36,189 nucleotides of DNA from NCBI GenBank assembly GCA_040904565.1, contig JBBDTI010000061.1:6188-42376 (forward strand), written 5' to 3'. How positions within the stretch are numbered: the stretch's first letter is position 1; every line of letters begins with the position of its first letter. Under the pieces are notes generated by a model. That model was not told the DNA's origin, searched no databases, and was given only the letters and a program-made list of their open reading frames with translations. The translations under genes were made by a program, and so were the position numbers. Source of the stretch: Rhodothermales bacterium. GTDB taxonomy: Bacteria; Bacteroidota; Rhodothermia; Rhodothermales; VXPQ01. Positions 1 to 9,000 of this stretch are shown in pieces.

Positions 1-40
1 ACGCCTTCTTCATTATGCCGGCTTCATTATACTTAGGGAT

Positions 41-1654
41 ATGGACACGGACCCGAACACGAAGCAGACGGCCCGCGATCGCGACGACGATCCGCCGCGC
101 CAGAACCCCATCCGCGTCTGCGTGATCGACCTGGGCACCAATTCGTTCCACGCCCTGATCGTCGACGCCTATCCCAACCGGAGCTTTCAGGTACTCGACA
201 AGATCAAGGAGCGCGTCTATCTCGGCGAGCACGGTCTCGGCCGGCACCTGCTCACGGAAGACGCCGTTCAGCGTGCCGTCGGTGCCCTGAAGCGGATCCG
301 TCTGCTGGCCGAGGGGTGGCAGGTCGAAGAGTACCTGGCCTATGCAACGAGCGCCATTCGGGAAGCCGCCAACGGGGGCGATTTCGTCGTGCACGTGCGG
401 AAGCAGGTCGGTATCGACATCCACCCCATCAGCGGGCGTCTCGAAGCCCGGCTCATCTATCAGGGCGTTCGCCGGGCCGTTGCCCTGAATGAGAAGACGC
501 TGATCGTCGATATCGGCGGCGGGTCCACCGAATGCATCGTGGGCGACGCCGAAGCGGTTGATTTCGCCGTGAGCCTCAAACTCGGCGCCGCGCGCATGAC
601 GGAACGCTTCGTCACGGCCGACCCGCTGCCGGAGAAGGAGCGAAAGGCCCTGCGCAGCCACTATCGATCGGAGCTCGACGCCGTCTTCGCTGCCGCCCGC
701 GAGCATGGCGCACGGCACCTCGTAGGCTCGTCCGGCACGATGGAAAGCCTCGCCGAGGCGTGCCGGCATCGCTTCGGCGACGTGGATCGAAGCGTCTTTC
801 AGCAGGCGTTTTCGGCGGATGATTTCCTGACCGTTACCTCCTCGATCGTCGGAGCCACAAGGTCCGAACGACTGCAGATGGACGGCATCGAAGAGAAGCG
901 CGTCGACCAGATTGCCGCCGGGGCGCTGCTGGCGAACGTGCTCACCGGCGAGCTGGATATCGCGTCCGTTCTCGTCTCGCCCAGCGCGCTACGAGAAGGA
1001 ATGGTCGTGCACTTCATCGAGGAGAACTACGAGCGCCTCGAGCGACTTGCCCCGCTGGGTGACGTGCGGCGCCGCCAGGTCTTCGAGCTTGCGGCCCGGT
1101 TCGACTTCGACGAGCCGCACGCGCGCCACGTCGCAGCACTCGCCCTGCAGCTCTTCGATGCCTGCCGGGACGTACATGGACTGGGGGATCGGGAACGGGA
1201 GCTGCTCGAATACGCGGCCCTGCTCCACGATATCGGCTGCAGCATCAACCGGAAGAAGCACCACAAGCATTCGCGGTATCTCATCCGCAAGGCCGACTGG
1301 CACGGGTTTCAGCCGGAGGAGATCGCCATGATGGCGATGATCGCACGCTATCACCGCCGCGCCCTCCCGAAAAAGTCCCACAAGGTGTATCGCGACCTTT
1401 CCGACGAAAACAAGCGGGTCGTGCGTCGACTCGCCGCCTTCCTCCGTCTCTCGGAAGGACTCGACCGGAGCCATTTTCGCAACGTATCCCGGATGGACGC
1501 GAGCGTGGCCGGCGACCGGCTCTCGATCACCGTCCGAACCCGGGAAGATCCACAGATGGAGCTCTGGGGCGCTCGCCGTGCCGCCGACCTTTTCGAGCAG
1601 GAGTTCGACCGCACCGTGCACGTTTCCGCCGCCTGGGAGCTCCGCTCAACGTAA
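41..1654 (+). CDS. ppx: Ppx/GppA exopolyphosphatase / pppGpp phosphohydrolase with C-terminal HD domain
   Basis: ASKHA motifs VIDLGTNSFH, ATSAIREAANG, IVDIGGGSTE, GSSGT, LREG; C-terminal AALLHDIG...HHKHS HD-like domain; 537 aa. Confidence 0.93.
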   Translation: MDTDPNTKQTARDRDDDPPRQNPIRVCVIDLGTNSFHALIVDAYPNRSFQVLDKIKERVYLGEHGLGRHLLTEDAVQRAVGALKRIRLLAEGWQVEEYLAYATSAIREAANGGDFVVHVRKQVGIDIHPISGRLEARLIYQGVRRAVALNEKTLIVDIGGGSTECIVGDAEAVDFAVSLKLGAARMTERFVTADPLPEKERKALRSHYRSELDAVFAAAREHGARHLVGSSGTMESLAEACRHRFGDVDRSVFQQAFSADDFLTVTSSIVGATRSERLQMDGIEEKRVDQIAAGALLANVLTGELDIASVLVSPSALREGMVVHFIEENYERLERLAPLGDVRRRQVFELAARFDFDEPHARHVAALALQLFDACRDVHGLGDRERELLEYAALLHDIGCSINRKKHHKHSRYLIRKADWHGFQPEEIAMMAMIARYHRRALPKKSHKVYRDLSDENKRVVRRLAAFLRLSEGLDRSHFRNVSRMDASVAGDRLSITVRTREDPQMELWGARRAADLFEQEFDRTVHVSAAWELRST

Positions 1655-1679
1655 CGCCCGGAGACACCGGCATCGTTTC

Positions 1680-2894
1680 TTACGGGTCTTCTCGCCGCAA
1701 CCAGCGCGCACGTGGCGGCCCCGCCTCGCTCTCGCGGTCCCACACGCGATCCGGCCACGGATAGCTTCCTGATTTCGTCGTGACGTAGATCGGGGTCGTC
1801 GCGTCGACCGGCGTCATCGTCACCACGCCCGGCGCCACCACGCCGGCCACGCGCAGATGCGTCCACGCCATCTGCTTCAGAAACGCCGCTGCCGTAGCGC
1901 CACCTTCGAGATAGACGCTGCGAAAAGCGGGTGCGAGTCCGACCGCCGCCTCCGCGAGCCGTCCGACCAGCACCTCGGGAGCGACTCCTTCCACCTCAGT
2001 GGATCGGCCGATGGCGATAAGCGCGCTCCCGCCGTCCCGCCGCGCCTCCACGTCACGACGGAAGTCGGCGCGGGCTGCCTTCAGATCGCCGTTTTCAACC
2101 AGCATCTCATCCGGCAATCGAAACACGGGTACGTCGTAACGCGCTGCCTCACCTGCGCGTCCGTCTCGCCAGGCGGACAAGCTGCCGCAGACGAAAAGAG
2201 ACGGACCCGTCGGCGCGACGTCGACCCGGCCAGGCTTCCGGCCTCCGGCCTCCTCGCGGGCGGATTCTGCGCGACCGAACAGGATCGCCTCGAAGAACGC
2301 CGCCGACCCCGCTGCGAGCGTGTCCGGATCGAGCTCTGACGCGAGCCGTCGCAGGTCGTTGACCGAGGTCGCATCCGGCAATCGAATCGGTGTACCGGCC
2401 CGTGCGCCCAGAAGCCGGTCGACGCAGGACGACGGGCGTGGATGTCCGGGATCGCGGGCGAGCGGACTCTCATGGAGCGGAACGCCATATATATAGTATC
2501 GCCCTCGCTCGATCGTTCTGCCGATGGCCGGATGGGCCGGAACGAGAAGCGTCGAAGACAATCCGAACGCCCGTCTTACAACCTCTACCTCGCGGACGAC
2601 GTGTCCTCGCAGCAGCGAGTCCACCTTCTTGAAGACCCTTTCGGGACGCTCGCGGCGGAGCGCATCCGCGGCATGTTCGACGCGGGATCCGGCCTCCTCC
2701 GGCGACCGCCACCGCGTATCGGTATCCAGCACGACCACGTCGGCGCCACCGGACGACCACCCGGCGGCGCCGAAGGCCGACTCGCCCGGCACACCCGACT
2801 CGGCCGTCCAAACCTCGGCCGAAAGACCTGCGGCAAAGGCTGCGCCGGCGACTTCCGCGGCACCCGTCAGATCATCCGCGATGACGCCGATCAT
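1680..2894 (-). CDS. Four-carbon acid sugar kinase (DUF1537, DtnK/DenK-like)
   Basis: True start MIGVIADDLTGA at 2894 overlaps the pdxA stop (ATGA); motifs FKKVDSLLRG, PAHPAIGR, LEGGATA, TKSG. The longer ORF-track N-terminus is spurious. Confidence 0.88.
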   Translation of the reverse strand: MIGVIADDLTGAAEVAGAAFAAGLSAEVWTAESGVPGESAFGAAGWSSGGADVVVLDTDTRWRSPEEAGSRVEHAADALRRERPERVFKKVDSLLRGHVVREVEVVRRAFGLSSTLLVPAHPAIGRTIERGRYYIYGVPLHESPLARDPGHPRPSSCVDRLLGARAGTPIRLPDATSVNDLRRLASELDPDTLAAGSAAFFEAILFGRAESAREEAGGRKPGRVDVAPTGPSLFVCGSLSAWRDGRAGEAARYDVPVFRLPDEMLVENGDLKAARADFRRDVEARRDGGSALIAIGRSTEVEGVAPEVLVGRLAEAAVGLAPAFRSVYLEGGATAAAFLKQMAWTHLRVAGVVAPGVVTMTPVDATTPIYVTTKSGSYPWPDRVWDRESEAGPPRARWLRREDP

Positions 2895-3922
2895 ACACCG
2901 GCCCTCCGAGTCCGGCTGAGCTGTACTGCCAGACGCACCGCCTGGAACAGGCTTTCCGAGCTGGCGACGCCCTGCCAGGCGATGTCCAGCGCCGTGCCAT
3001 GATCGACGGACGTGCGGACGATCGGGAGACCCAGCGTGACGTTTACGGCGAGATCGAAAGCGAGCGCCTTCAGCGGTATGTGGCCCTGATCGTGGTACAT
3101 GCAGATGAATCCGTCCGTACGCTCGCGCCGCGCCGGCAGGAACGCGGTGTCGGGTGGCAGTGGGCCGTCGACCTGAATGCCTCTGTCTCGAGCTGACGAA
3201 ATGGCGGGAATGATGACGTCTTCTTCCTCCCCCGCGCCGAACAGTCCGTGCTCTCCGGCGTGGGGGTTGAGTCCACATACCGCCAGCACCGGCCGGCGGC
3301 CGCGGAGCGCCGTCAGCGCCGCATCCGTCAGCTCGATCACGTCGAGGATGCGCCGCCGCGACAGGAGTCCCGGCACGTCGCGATATCCAACGTGCGTCGT
3401 AGCGAAGCTGCAGGTCAGCTCGGGCGAGGTAAGCATCATGCACGACCGCGAGGCGTCAGTCCGGGCCGCGAAGATCTCCGTGTGCCCGGGCTCGTCGATG
3501 CCCGCTGCCCGGAGCGCCTCCTTGTGGATGGGACCCGTCGCAACGGCGTCCACGCGGCCCTCCAGCGCTCGATCGATCGCCGCCGTGATGTAGGTATAGG
3601 CCGCGCGGCCCGTCGTGGCACTTACCTGTCCGGGCACGACCGACTCGGCCTCGGGGACGTGCAGGTCGACTACGTTCGCCGCCGTGGCCGGCGCGGCTCC
3701 ATCCACCCATTCCTGCAGCGTGCACGAACGCAGCTCCACGGACCGGCCGACCGCCTCCGCCACGCGCTGCATAAGGGGCGCGCTGCCGAAGACGACCGGA
3801 CGGCATACGTCGCGCAGCGCCGGCTTCGAAAGCAGATCGAGACAGATCTCCGGACCGATACCCGCCGGATCGCCCATCGTGACGGCGATGCACGGCCGGC
3901 CGGCCGACGTGAATATGGGCAT
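2891..3922 (-). CDS. pdxA: PdxA-family dehydrogenase (probably PdxA2, D-threonate/D-erythronate 4-phosphate dehydrogenase)
   Basis: TMGDPAGIGPEI, PGHTE, GLNPHAGE, MYHDQGHIP, RTSVDHGTALDIAW; coupling to the DUF1537 kinase favours PdxA2; start placed at ATG 3922. Confidence 0.9.
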   Translation of the reverse strand: MPIFTSAGRPCIAVTMGDPAGIGPEICLDLLSKPALRDVCRPVVFGSAPLMQRVAEAVGRSVELRSCTLQEWVDGAAPATAANVVDLHVPEAESVVPGQVSATTGRAAYTYITAAIDRALEGRVDAVATGPIHKEALRAAGIDEPGHTEIFAARTDASRSCMMLTSPELTCSFATTHVGYRDVPGLLSRRRILDVIELTDAALTALRGRRPVLAVCGLNPHAGEHGLFGAGEEEDVIIPAISSARDRGIQVDGPLPPDTAFLPARRERTDGFICMYHDQGHIPLKALAFDLAVNVTLGLPIVRTSVDHGTALDIAWQGVASSESLFQAVRLAVQLSRTRRAGV

Positions 3923-4024
3923 GGGATCTAGTACAGGCGAATAGACGGAAGGAGAGAGCAAAATATACGGAGTAACGCGCAGTGGAGGGCTGGATGGACG
4001 TGCGGGTGGATGATGAAGAGCACG

Positions 4025-4063
4025 ATGCACTGCCGTCGACATGCATTGCCGTCGACATCCATT
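4025..4063. repeat. 16-bp tandem direct repeat (about 2.4 copies) in divergent promoter region
   Basis: ATGCACTGCCGTCGAC (4025-4040), ATGCATTGCCGTCGAC (4041-4056), ATCCATT (4057-4063). Confidence 0.8.
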
Positions 4064-4078
4064 CTCAAGGCAATGTTC

Positions 4079-4105
4079 TTAAGAATCTACGGGTTAAGCC
4101 GATAC
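4079..4105 (+). promoter_or_regulatory. Putative sigma-28 (FliA/SigD/WhiG-type) promoter
   Basis: TTAAG-N14-GCCGATAC versus consensus TAAAG-N14-GCCGATAA; 44 nt upstream of the pilin ATG, followed by SD GGGAGG at 4137-4142. Confidence 0.6.
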
Positions 4106-4149
4106 TATTGGGTGCCCCTATCATTGGCGGCACAACGGGAGGCCTGAAA

Positions 4150-4629
4150 ATGAGATCTTTCATATGGTTCATACTAACCCTTCTGCTCGTCGGCCTGGCC
4201 AGCGCGCAGGCGACGGACAGCGAGAGCGCTACGATCTCGGCTGACGTCATTGCCGCGCTCAGCCTGGCCAAGAGTCAGGACCTGTCCTTCGGAGACGTGG
4301 CGCAGAATACGACCAGCACGATCGCCGTGACGGATGGCGGCGTGGTGAAGTTCACCATTACGGGTGAACCCAGCAAGAATATCACGTTTACGCTGACCGT
4401 ACCTGCCAACCTGACCGACGGGAGTGCCAATACGCTGCCGTTTACGGACGACATACAGTACAACACGGCGGATGACGCCGGTACGGCGAGCAACCTGAAC
4501 GACGGCGCGACCATCGCCATCAACGGTACGGGAAATCTGTACGTGTACCTCGGCGGAGAAGTCACGGCCGGCGGCGCACAGGTGACCGGTAGCTACACGG
4601 GTACGTACACCGTAAAGGTCGATTACTGA
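4150..4629 (+). CDS. DUF4402-like secreted pilin subunit (putative major pilin)
   Basis: SD GGGAGG; signal peptide MRSFIWFILTLLLVGLASA; DLSFGDV motif; C-terminal GSYTGTYTVKVDY strand typical of chaperone-usher pilins. Confidence 0.75.
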   Translation: MRSFIWFILTLLLVGLASAQATDSESATISADVIAALSLAKSQDLSFGDVAQNTTSTIAVTDGGVVKFTITGEPSKNITFTLTVPANLTDGSANTLPFTDDIQYNTADDAGTASNLNDGATIAINGTGNLYVYLGGEVTAGGAQVTGSYTGTYTVKVDY

Positions 4630-4680
4630 CGTGCCATGCCCCGTCGCGGACTGCATCGCCCCACCACAGCTGCACGCGTC

Positions 4681-5178
4681 ATGTCCACCCGAACCCCCCA
4701 ACACGCCCTGTACGCGCTCCTCGCCGCGGCATGCTTCGCCTCCCTCCTCACGGCGGGCGGCGTGCACGCGCAGGCATCGGTTACGGTGAACCGGCTGGCG
4801 GACATGAACTTCGGTGACGTCGCCGCGGGATCTTCTGCTTCGGTGCTTTACACCGATGCGGACGCCTCCGTCTTTCGGCTCGATTGCAGCGGCATGCTTG
4901 GATTTCAGCACGTCGATATTGCATTTACCCTGCCGACTCATCTGACGAACGGTGGCGATACCGTCGCCATTTCGTTCGGATCTACTTCCGCCGCCTGGTC
5001 CTATACCAACGATCCCGGCGGCGCTACGGCGTTCGATCCGAGCACGGGCGCGCAGGTCAACAAGGATGGCGGCTCCTTCAGCATCTACGTATGGATCGGC
5101 GCCGGCATCAGTCCCGGTGGCGCCACGCCGACGCAATCCTACTCGAACACGTTCACCCTCGACGCCGAAATACAGTAG
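4681..5178 (+). CDS. Second DUF4402-like pilin subunit (putative minor/tip subunit)
   Basis: Signal peptide ending VHA|Q; DMNFGDV, FTLPTHLT, IYVWIGAGI and QSYSNTFTL align with pilin 1; start could alternatively be 4636. Confidence 0.7.
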   Translation: MSTRTPQHALYALLAAACFASLLTAGGVHAQASVTVNRLADMNFGDVAAGSSASVLYTDADASVFRLDCSGMLGFQHVDIAFTLPTHLTNGGDTVAISFGSTSAAWSYTNDPGGATAFDPSTGAQVNKDGGSFSIYVWIGAGISPGGATPTQSYSNTFTLDAEIQ

Positions 5179-5182
5179 TATC

Positions 5183-6040
5183 ATGCCAGAGCTTCGATAT
5201 CACCGCTATACATACCTCGGTATCCTGCTGCTGCTCGCCGCCGTCCCGGCGTTTGGGCAGGTCACGCTCGCACCCACGTTCGTGTACGTGGACGAGCCGG
5301 CCCGCTACGGAACCGTTCAACTCACGAACGCAAGCGATCAGGTGCAGGAGGTCTTCATCGACTTCGAGTTCGGCTACCCCACGGCCGACGAGAGCGGTCA
5401 GCGCTATCTCGAGTACGACGACGCGGATACGGAAGCCGACCATTCGCTCTCTCCGTGGATTCGGAGTTTCCCCGAACGGTTTCGCATCCCCCCGAAACAC
5501 CGGCGCACGATCCGCCTGATGATCGACGCCCCGGAAGACCTCTCAGGCGACATGTACTGGACGCGCATGGTCGTGACGTCCCGGGAAGAGGTCCCGCCCG
5601 GCAGCGAAAAAGGGCCGGCACAGATTCATTTCGAATTTAAGCAGGTGATTCCCGTCGTCTTCGAACGCGGCAGCGCGTCGACGGACGTGGCGATCACCGA
5701 TCTATTCGTGGATGCCCAGCCTCGACACGTCACGCTCGTCGCCGCCGTCGACCGCACGGGCGAGGCTCCCTTCTTCGGCAGCATCGATCTGTCGTTGATG
5801 AATGAGGAGGGCACGGAGGTCGCGCGGAGGTCAACGACGACGGAGGCCTATTACGCCGCGAGCACCTATTTCACCATCGACCGCGAGGCACTCCCGGCGG
5901 GTCGTTACCTGGCGGACGTGACGCTGCGCGCCGAACGAAACGACGTGCGCAAGGGAGACGTGCCGGCTATGCGGCCCGTAACCCGGCGATTCGTCGTCCA
6001 CGTGCCGGAGCCCGTACCGCTGTCGACCCGATCACGATAA
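5183..6040 (+). CDS. Periplasmic fimbrial chaperone-like protein (PapD/EcpB-like two-Ig-domain)
   Basis: Signal peptide then QVTLAPTFVYVD..GTVQLTNAS; WIRSFPERFRIPPKHRRTIRL matches the chaperone P..F.I.P...Q.IRL pattern; lies between pilins and usher. Confidence 0.75.
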   Translation: MPELRYHRYTYLGILLLLAAVPAFGQVTLAPTFVYVDEPARYGTVQLTNASDQVQEVFIDFEFGYPTADESGQRYLEYDDADTEADHSLSPWIRSFPERFRIPPKHRRTIRLMIDAPEDLSGDMYWTRMVVTSREEVPPGSEKGPAQIHFEFKQVIPVVFERGSASTDVAITDLFVDAQPRHVTLVAAVDRTGEAPFFGSIDLSLMNEEGTEVARRSTTTEAYYAASTYFTIDREALPAGRYLADVTLRAERNDVRKGDVPAMRPVTRRFVVHVPEPVPLSTRSR

Positions 6041-6059
6041 TCACCGTTCATGGCACGCA

Positions 6060-9000
6060 TTGAACCGACCGGCGCCACATGGCATACCGATTGGACTCGG
6101 CCCAGCGCCGATCGTCCTCTTGCTGCTTGCCTCCGTTCTCGCAGGGACGCCGCCGTCGTATGCCCAGGACGTCGAATCGCCTCTGGCTTATGTGGCGGGT
6201 GACGACGGTGCGCGACGGGACGACGACAGCGAAGAGCCGGCCCAGGAGATCATCCTTTCTTTTCGGTATGGCGACCTGGTGACGGCCGACGTGTCGGCGC
6301 GCTTTCTGGGGTCTGACGTCTACGTGCCCGTAGGCGGACTCTTCTCGCTGCTCGGCGTCGCCTGGCAGCTCGATCGGGACGCCCCGGCAATCTCCGGCTT
6401 TTACCTGGACGAAACGCGTTCCTACCGCCTCGACTTCGGCAGCGGTACCGCCCACATCGGATCGTCGACCGTGCCCATGTTATCGGACGACTATATCGAA
6501 CGCGAGCACGATGTCTTCGTGAAGCCGTACCTTCTCGACGACGTCTTCGGTCTCCGCGTCGAGTTCGACCTGGCTGCCCTCTCGATTCACGTGCGAAGCG
6601 ACGAGCCGCTGCCCGTGGAGATGAACCGGCGACGCGCCCGACAGCGGCCCGCCGAAATCGATCCGTTCGCGGCCTTCCGCCACGCCCCACTGGCCTTTCA
6701 GCGAACGCGCAAGTCCATCGGCGGCGGTGTCGCCGATTATAACGTGTCGATCAACAAGACACACGATCGAACGCGTGTGAACCTGCAGACCGCGCTCGGC
6801 GCCGAAGTGTTGGGTGGAGACCTCGCCTGGCAGGGACGAGCGGGGGTAGGGAGTACGGCGTTCGTTGCCCACGATTACGTACGATGGCGCTACGTCATGG
6901 ACGATACGCCGCTGCTGCGGCAGGTCCGACTCGGCACCCTCCACGCCACGGGCCTCCGTCCGGATGCCTACCGGGGGATCCACCTCACCAATCAACCCGC
7001 GCGTCCGGAACGCCTCTTCGGGGAGTACACGATTTCGGGCCAGGCCGAGCCGGACTGGGAGCTCGAGCTTTATATGGACGATCGCCTGATCGACGTGACG
7101 CGCGCGCCGGCCTCCGGCGTGTATCGCTTTCAGGTCCCGGTGACGTACGGTTCGTCGCAGTTCCACGTGCAGGCTTACGGTCCGGCAGGCGAAGTGCGCC
7201 ACCTCCGTCGGCGCATCCAGGTCCCCTTCTCGATGGTGAGCCCGGGCGACCTGCGCTACAACGTCCACGTCGGCGAACGCCGTGAACGGTCCGGCTTCCT
7301 GGGGCAGGCAGACGTCGGCTACGGCGTCAGCAAACACCTGACAACCCGTCTGGGCTTCGACTACGCGGACGGCGCCCCCGGCCGTCGCCCGACGGTCTAT
7401 GGATCGGTCACCTCGCGCCTGCTCCACCACTACCTGGCCACGATGGACGTATCCGACCGCGGACTGCAGCGGTTCTCGATCCACGCGTTCTACCCATCGC
7501 AGTCCTCCCTGGAAGTACAGTACATCCGCAGCGATCCGTCTACCCGCCACCGCCTTTCCGGTCGTCGCAGCCATACCTCCGCATCGGGATTCCTGCCTTT
7601 CCACGTCGGCCGCTTCCCGATGAGCGTTCGCCTCTCCGCGTCACGATCGCAGTACGGAGGCGACCAACAGTACCGGTTTCGATCCCACCTGCAGGCCGCT
7701 TTCAACAGCCTCCAGCTCTACGTAACGGCGGAGACGGACGTTACGGAGTCCTATCGCTCCTCGACGATCCGGCCCGCCATGTCGTTCGTCTTGTCCAGGC
7801 CCCCACCGTCGATGGCGTACTTTCGCGGGTTGCTGCTCAGCGCTCGCGCGCGCTATAACGCTTCCGACCACCGGTTGGACGGCATCGAACTGAATGCCGC
7901 TCACAGCGTGACGCCCGATACCCGCGTTCAGCTCTTTACGCATCTCGGGATGTCGGGACGAGCCAGCTCGGTCGGAATTCGGCTTTCCACCGCGCTGCCG
8001 TTCGCTCGAAGCGTCACGGACACCCGGGTGACCTCGTCATCGACGAACGTCGTCCAGTCGGTCCGGGGAAGTCTCATCTTCGACAAACGAAGCGGCCGCA
8101 TCCTGGCCGGCGACCGGCCGGCAGTCGGGCGAGCGGCCGCGGCGCTGCGCCTCTTCGTAGATCGCAACGCCAACGGCACACTCGACGCGGACGAGCACGT
8201 GTTGGAACACAATGCCGTACACCTGGACCGGGGCAGCGCGCTTTCATCCGGCCATCAGGACGGGGTGACGCACGTCGGTGACCTTCTTCCCTACGAACGA
8301 TACACCGCCCGCATCGAGGAAGGGGCCATTGCAAATCCCCTCTGGGTGCCCGACCGATCGAGCTTCTCGTTCATCGCCGACCCGAACGGCGTCAAGCAGA
8401 TCGACGTGCCGCTCTTTGCCGCCGGCGTCGTAGAAGGTACGGTCGTGGACGCTCGAACGGGCGAACCGCTTGCCGTCTCCGGACTTCTCGTACGCATCGT
8501 AGACGTCGACGAAGGATCGGAGCGCGTCCTGCAGACGTTTTCTGACGGTTCGTTTTATGAGATGGGATTCCGGCCGGGTACCTACGAGGTGCAGCTGGAC
8601 GCCGACCAGCTCCACGCACGCGACCTGTCCGCCGCCGCAGCATCCGAACGGTTCGTGGTCCGAGCCACGGAAAACGGGGACTTTGTGGACGACCTCCGCC
8701 TCGCCGTCGTGGAACGACCCGCTGCGCCCGAGCGCCTGCTCGCCGGCGAATCCGACGCTTCAGATTCATCGGACACGTCGGATGCTCCGGAGAAGGATGG
8801 ACCGGAGAAGCTTGCGCCATCGACCGCCACACCGCTCGCCGAAACGACATCCGTACAACCTCCGCGACCTGCCATCCCGATTCCGACGGACCGTCCGCTG
8901 CCCGAACACGGAGCGATCGCGTGGCCTACGCCTTTCGCGATCGAAGCGGTCCACGCAGACGATTCGGTCGCAGCGCGCAATTCGGCCCGCCCTCCGCGCC

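Noticed and set aside
2895-3443. N-terminal extension of the 587-aa kinase ORF
   Set aside because: Overlaps pdxA in another frame and is Arg-rich noise; family homology starts at ATG 2894
4025-4063. CRISPR array (also considered for the 28983 and 36157 repeats)
   Set aside because: Repeats are too short, lack 25-45 nt spacers, and no cas genes are present
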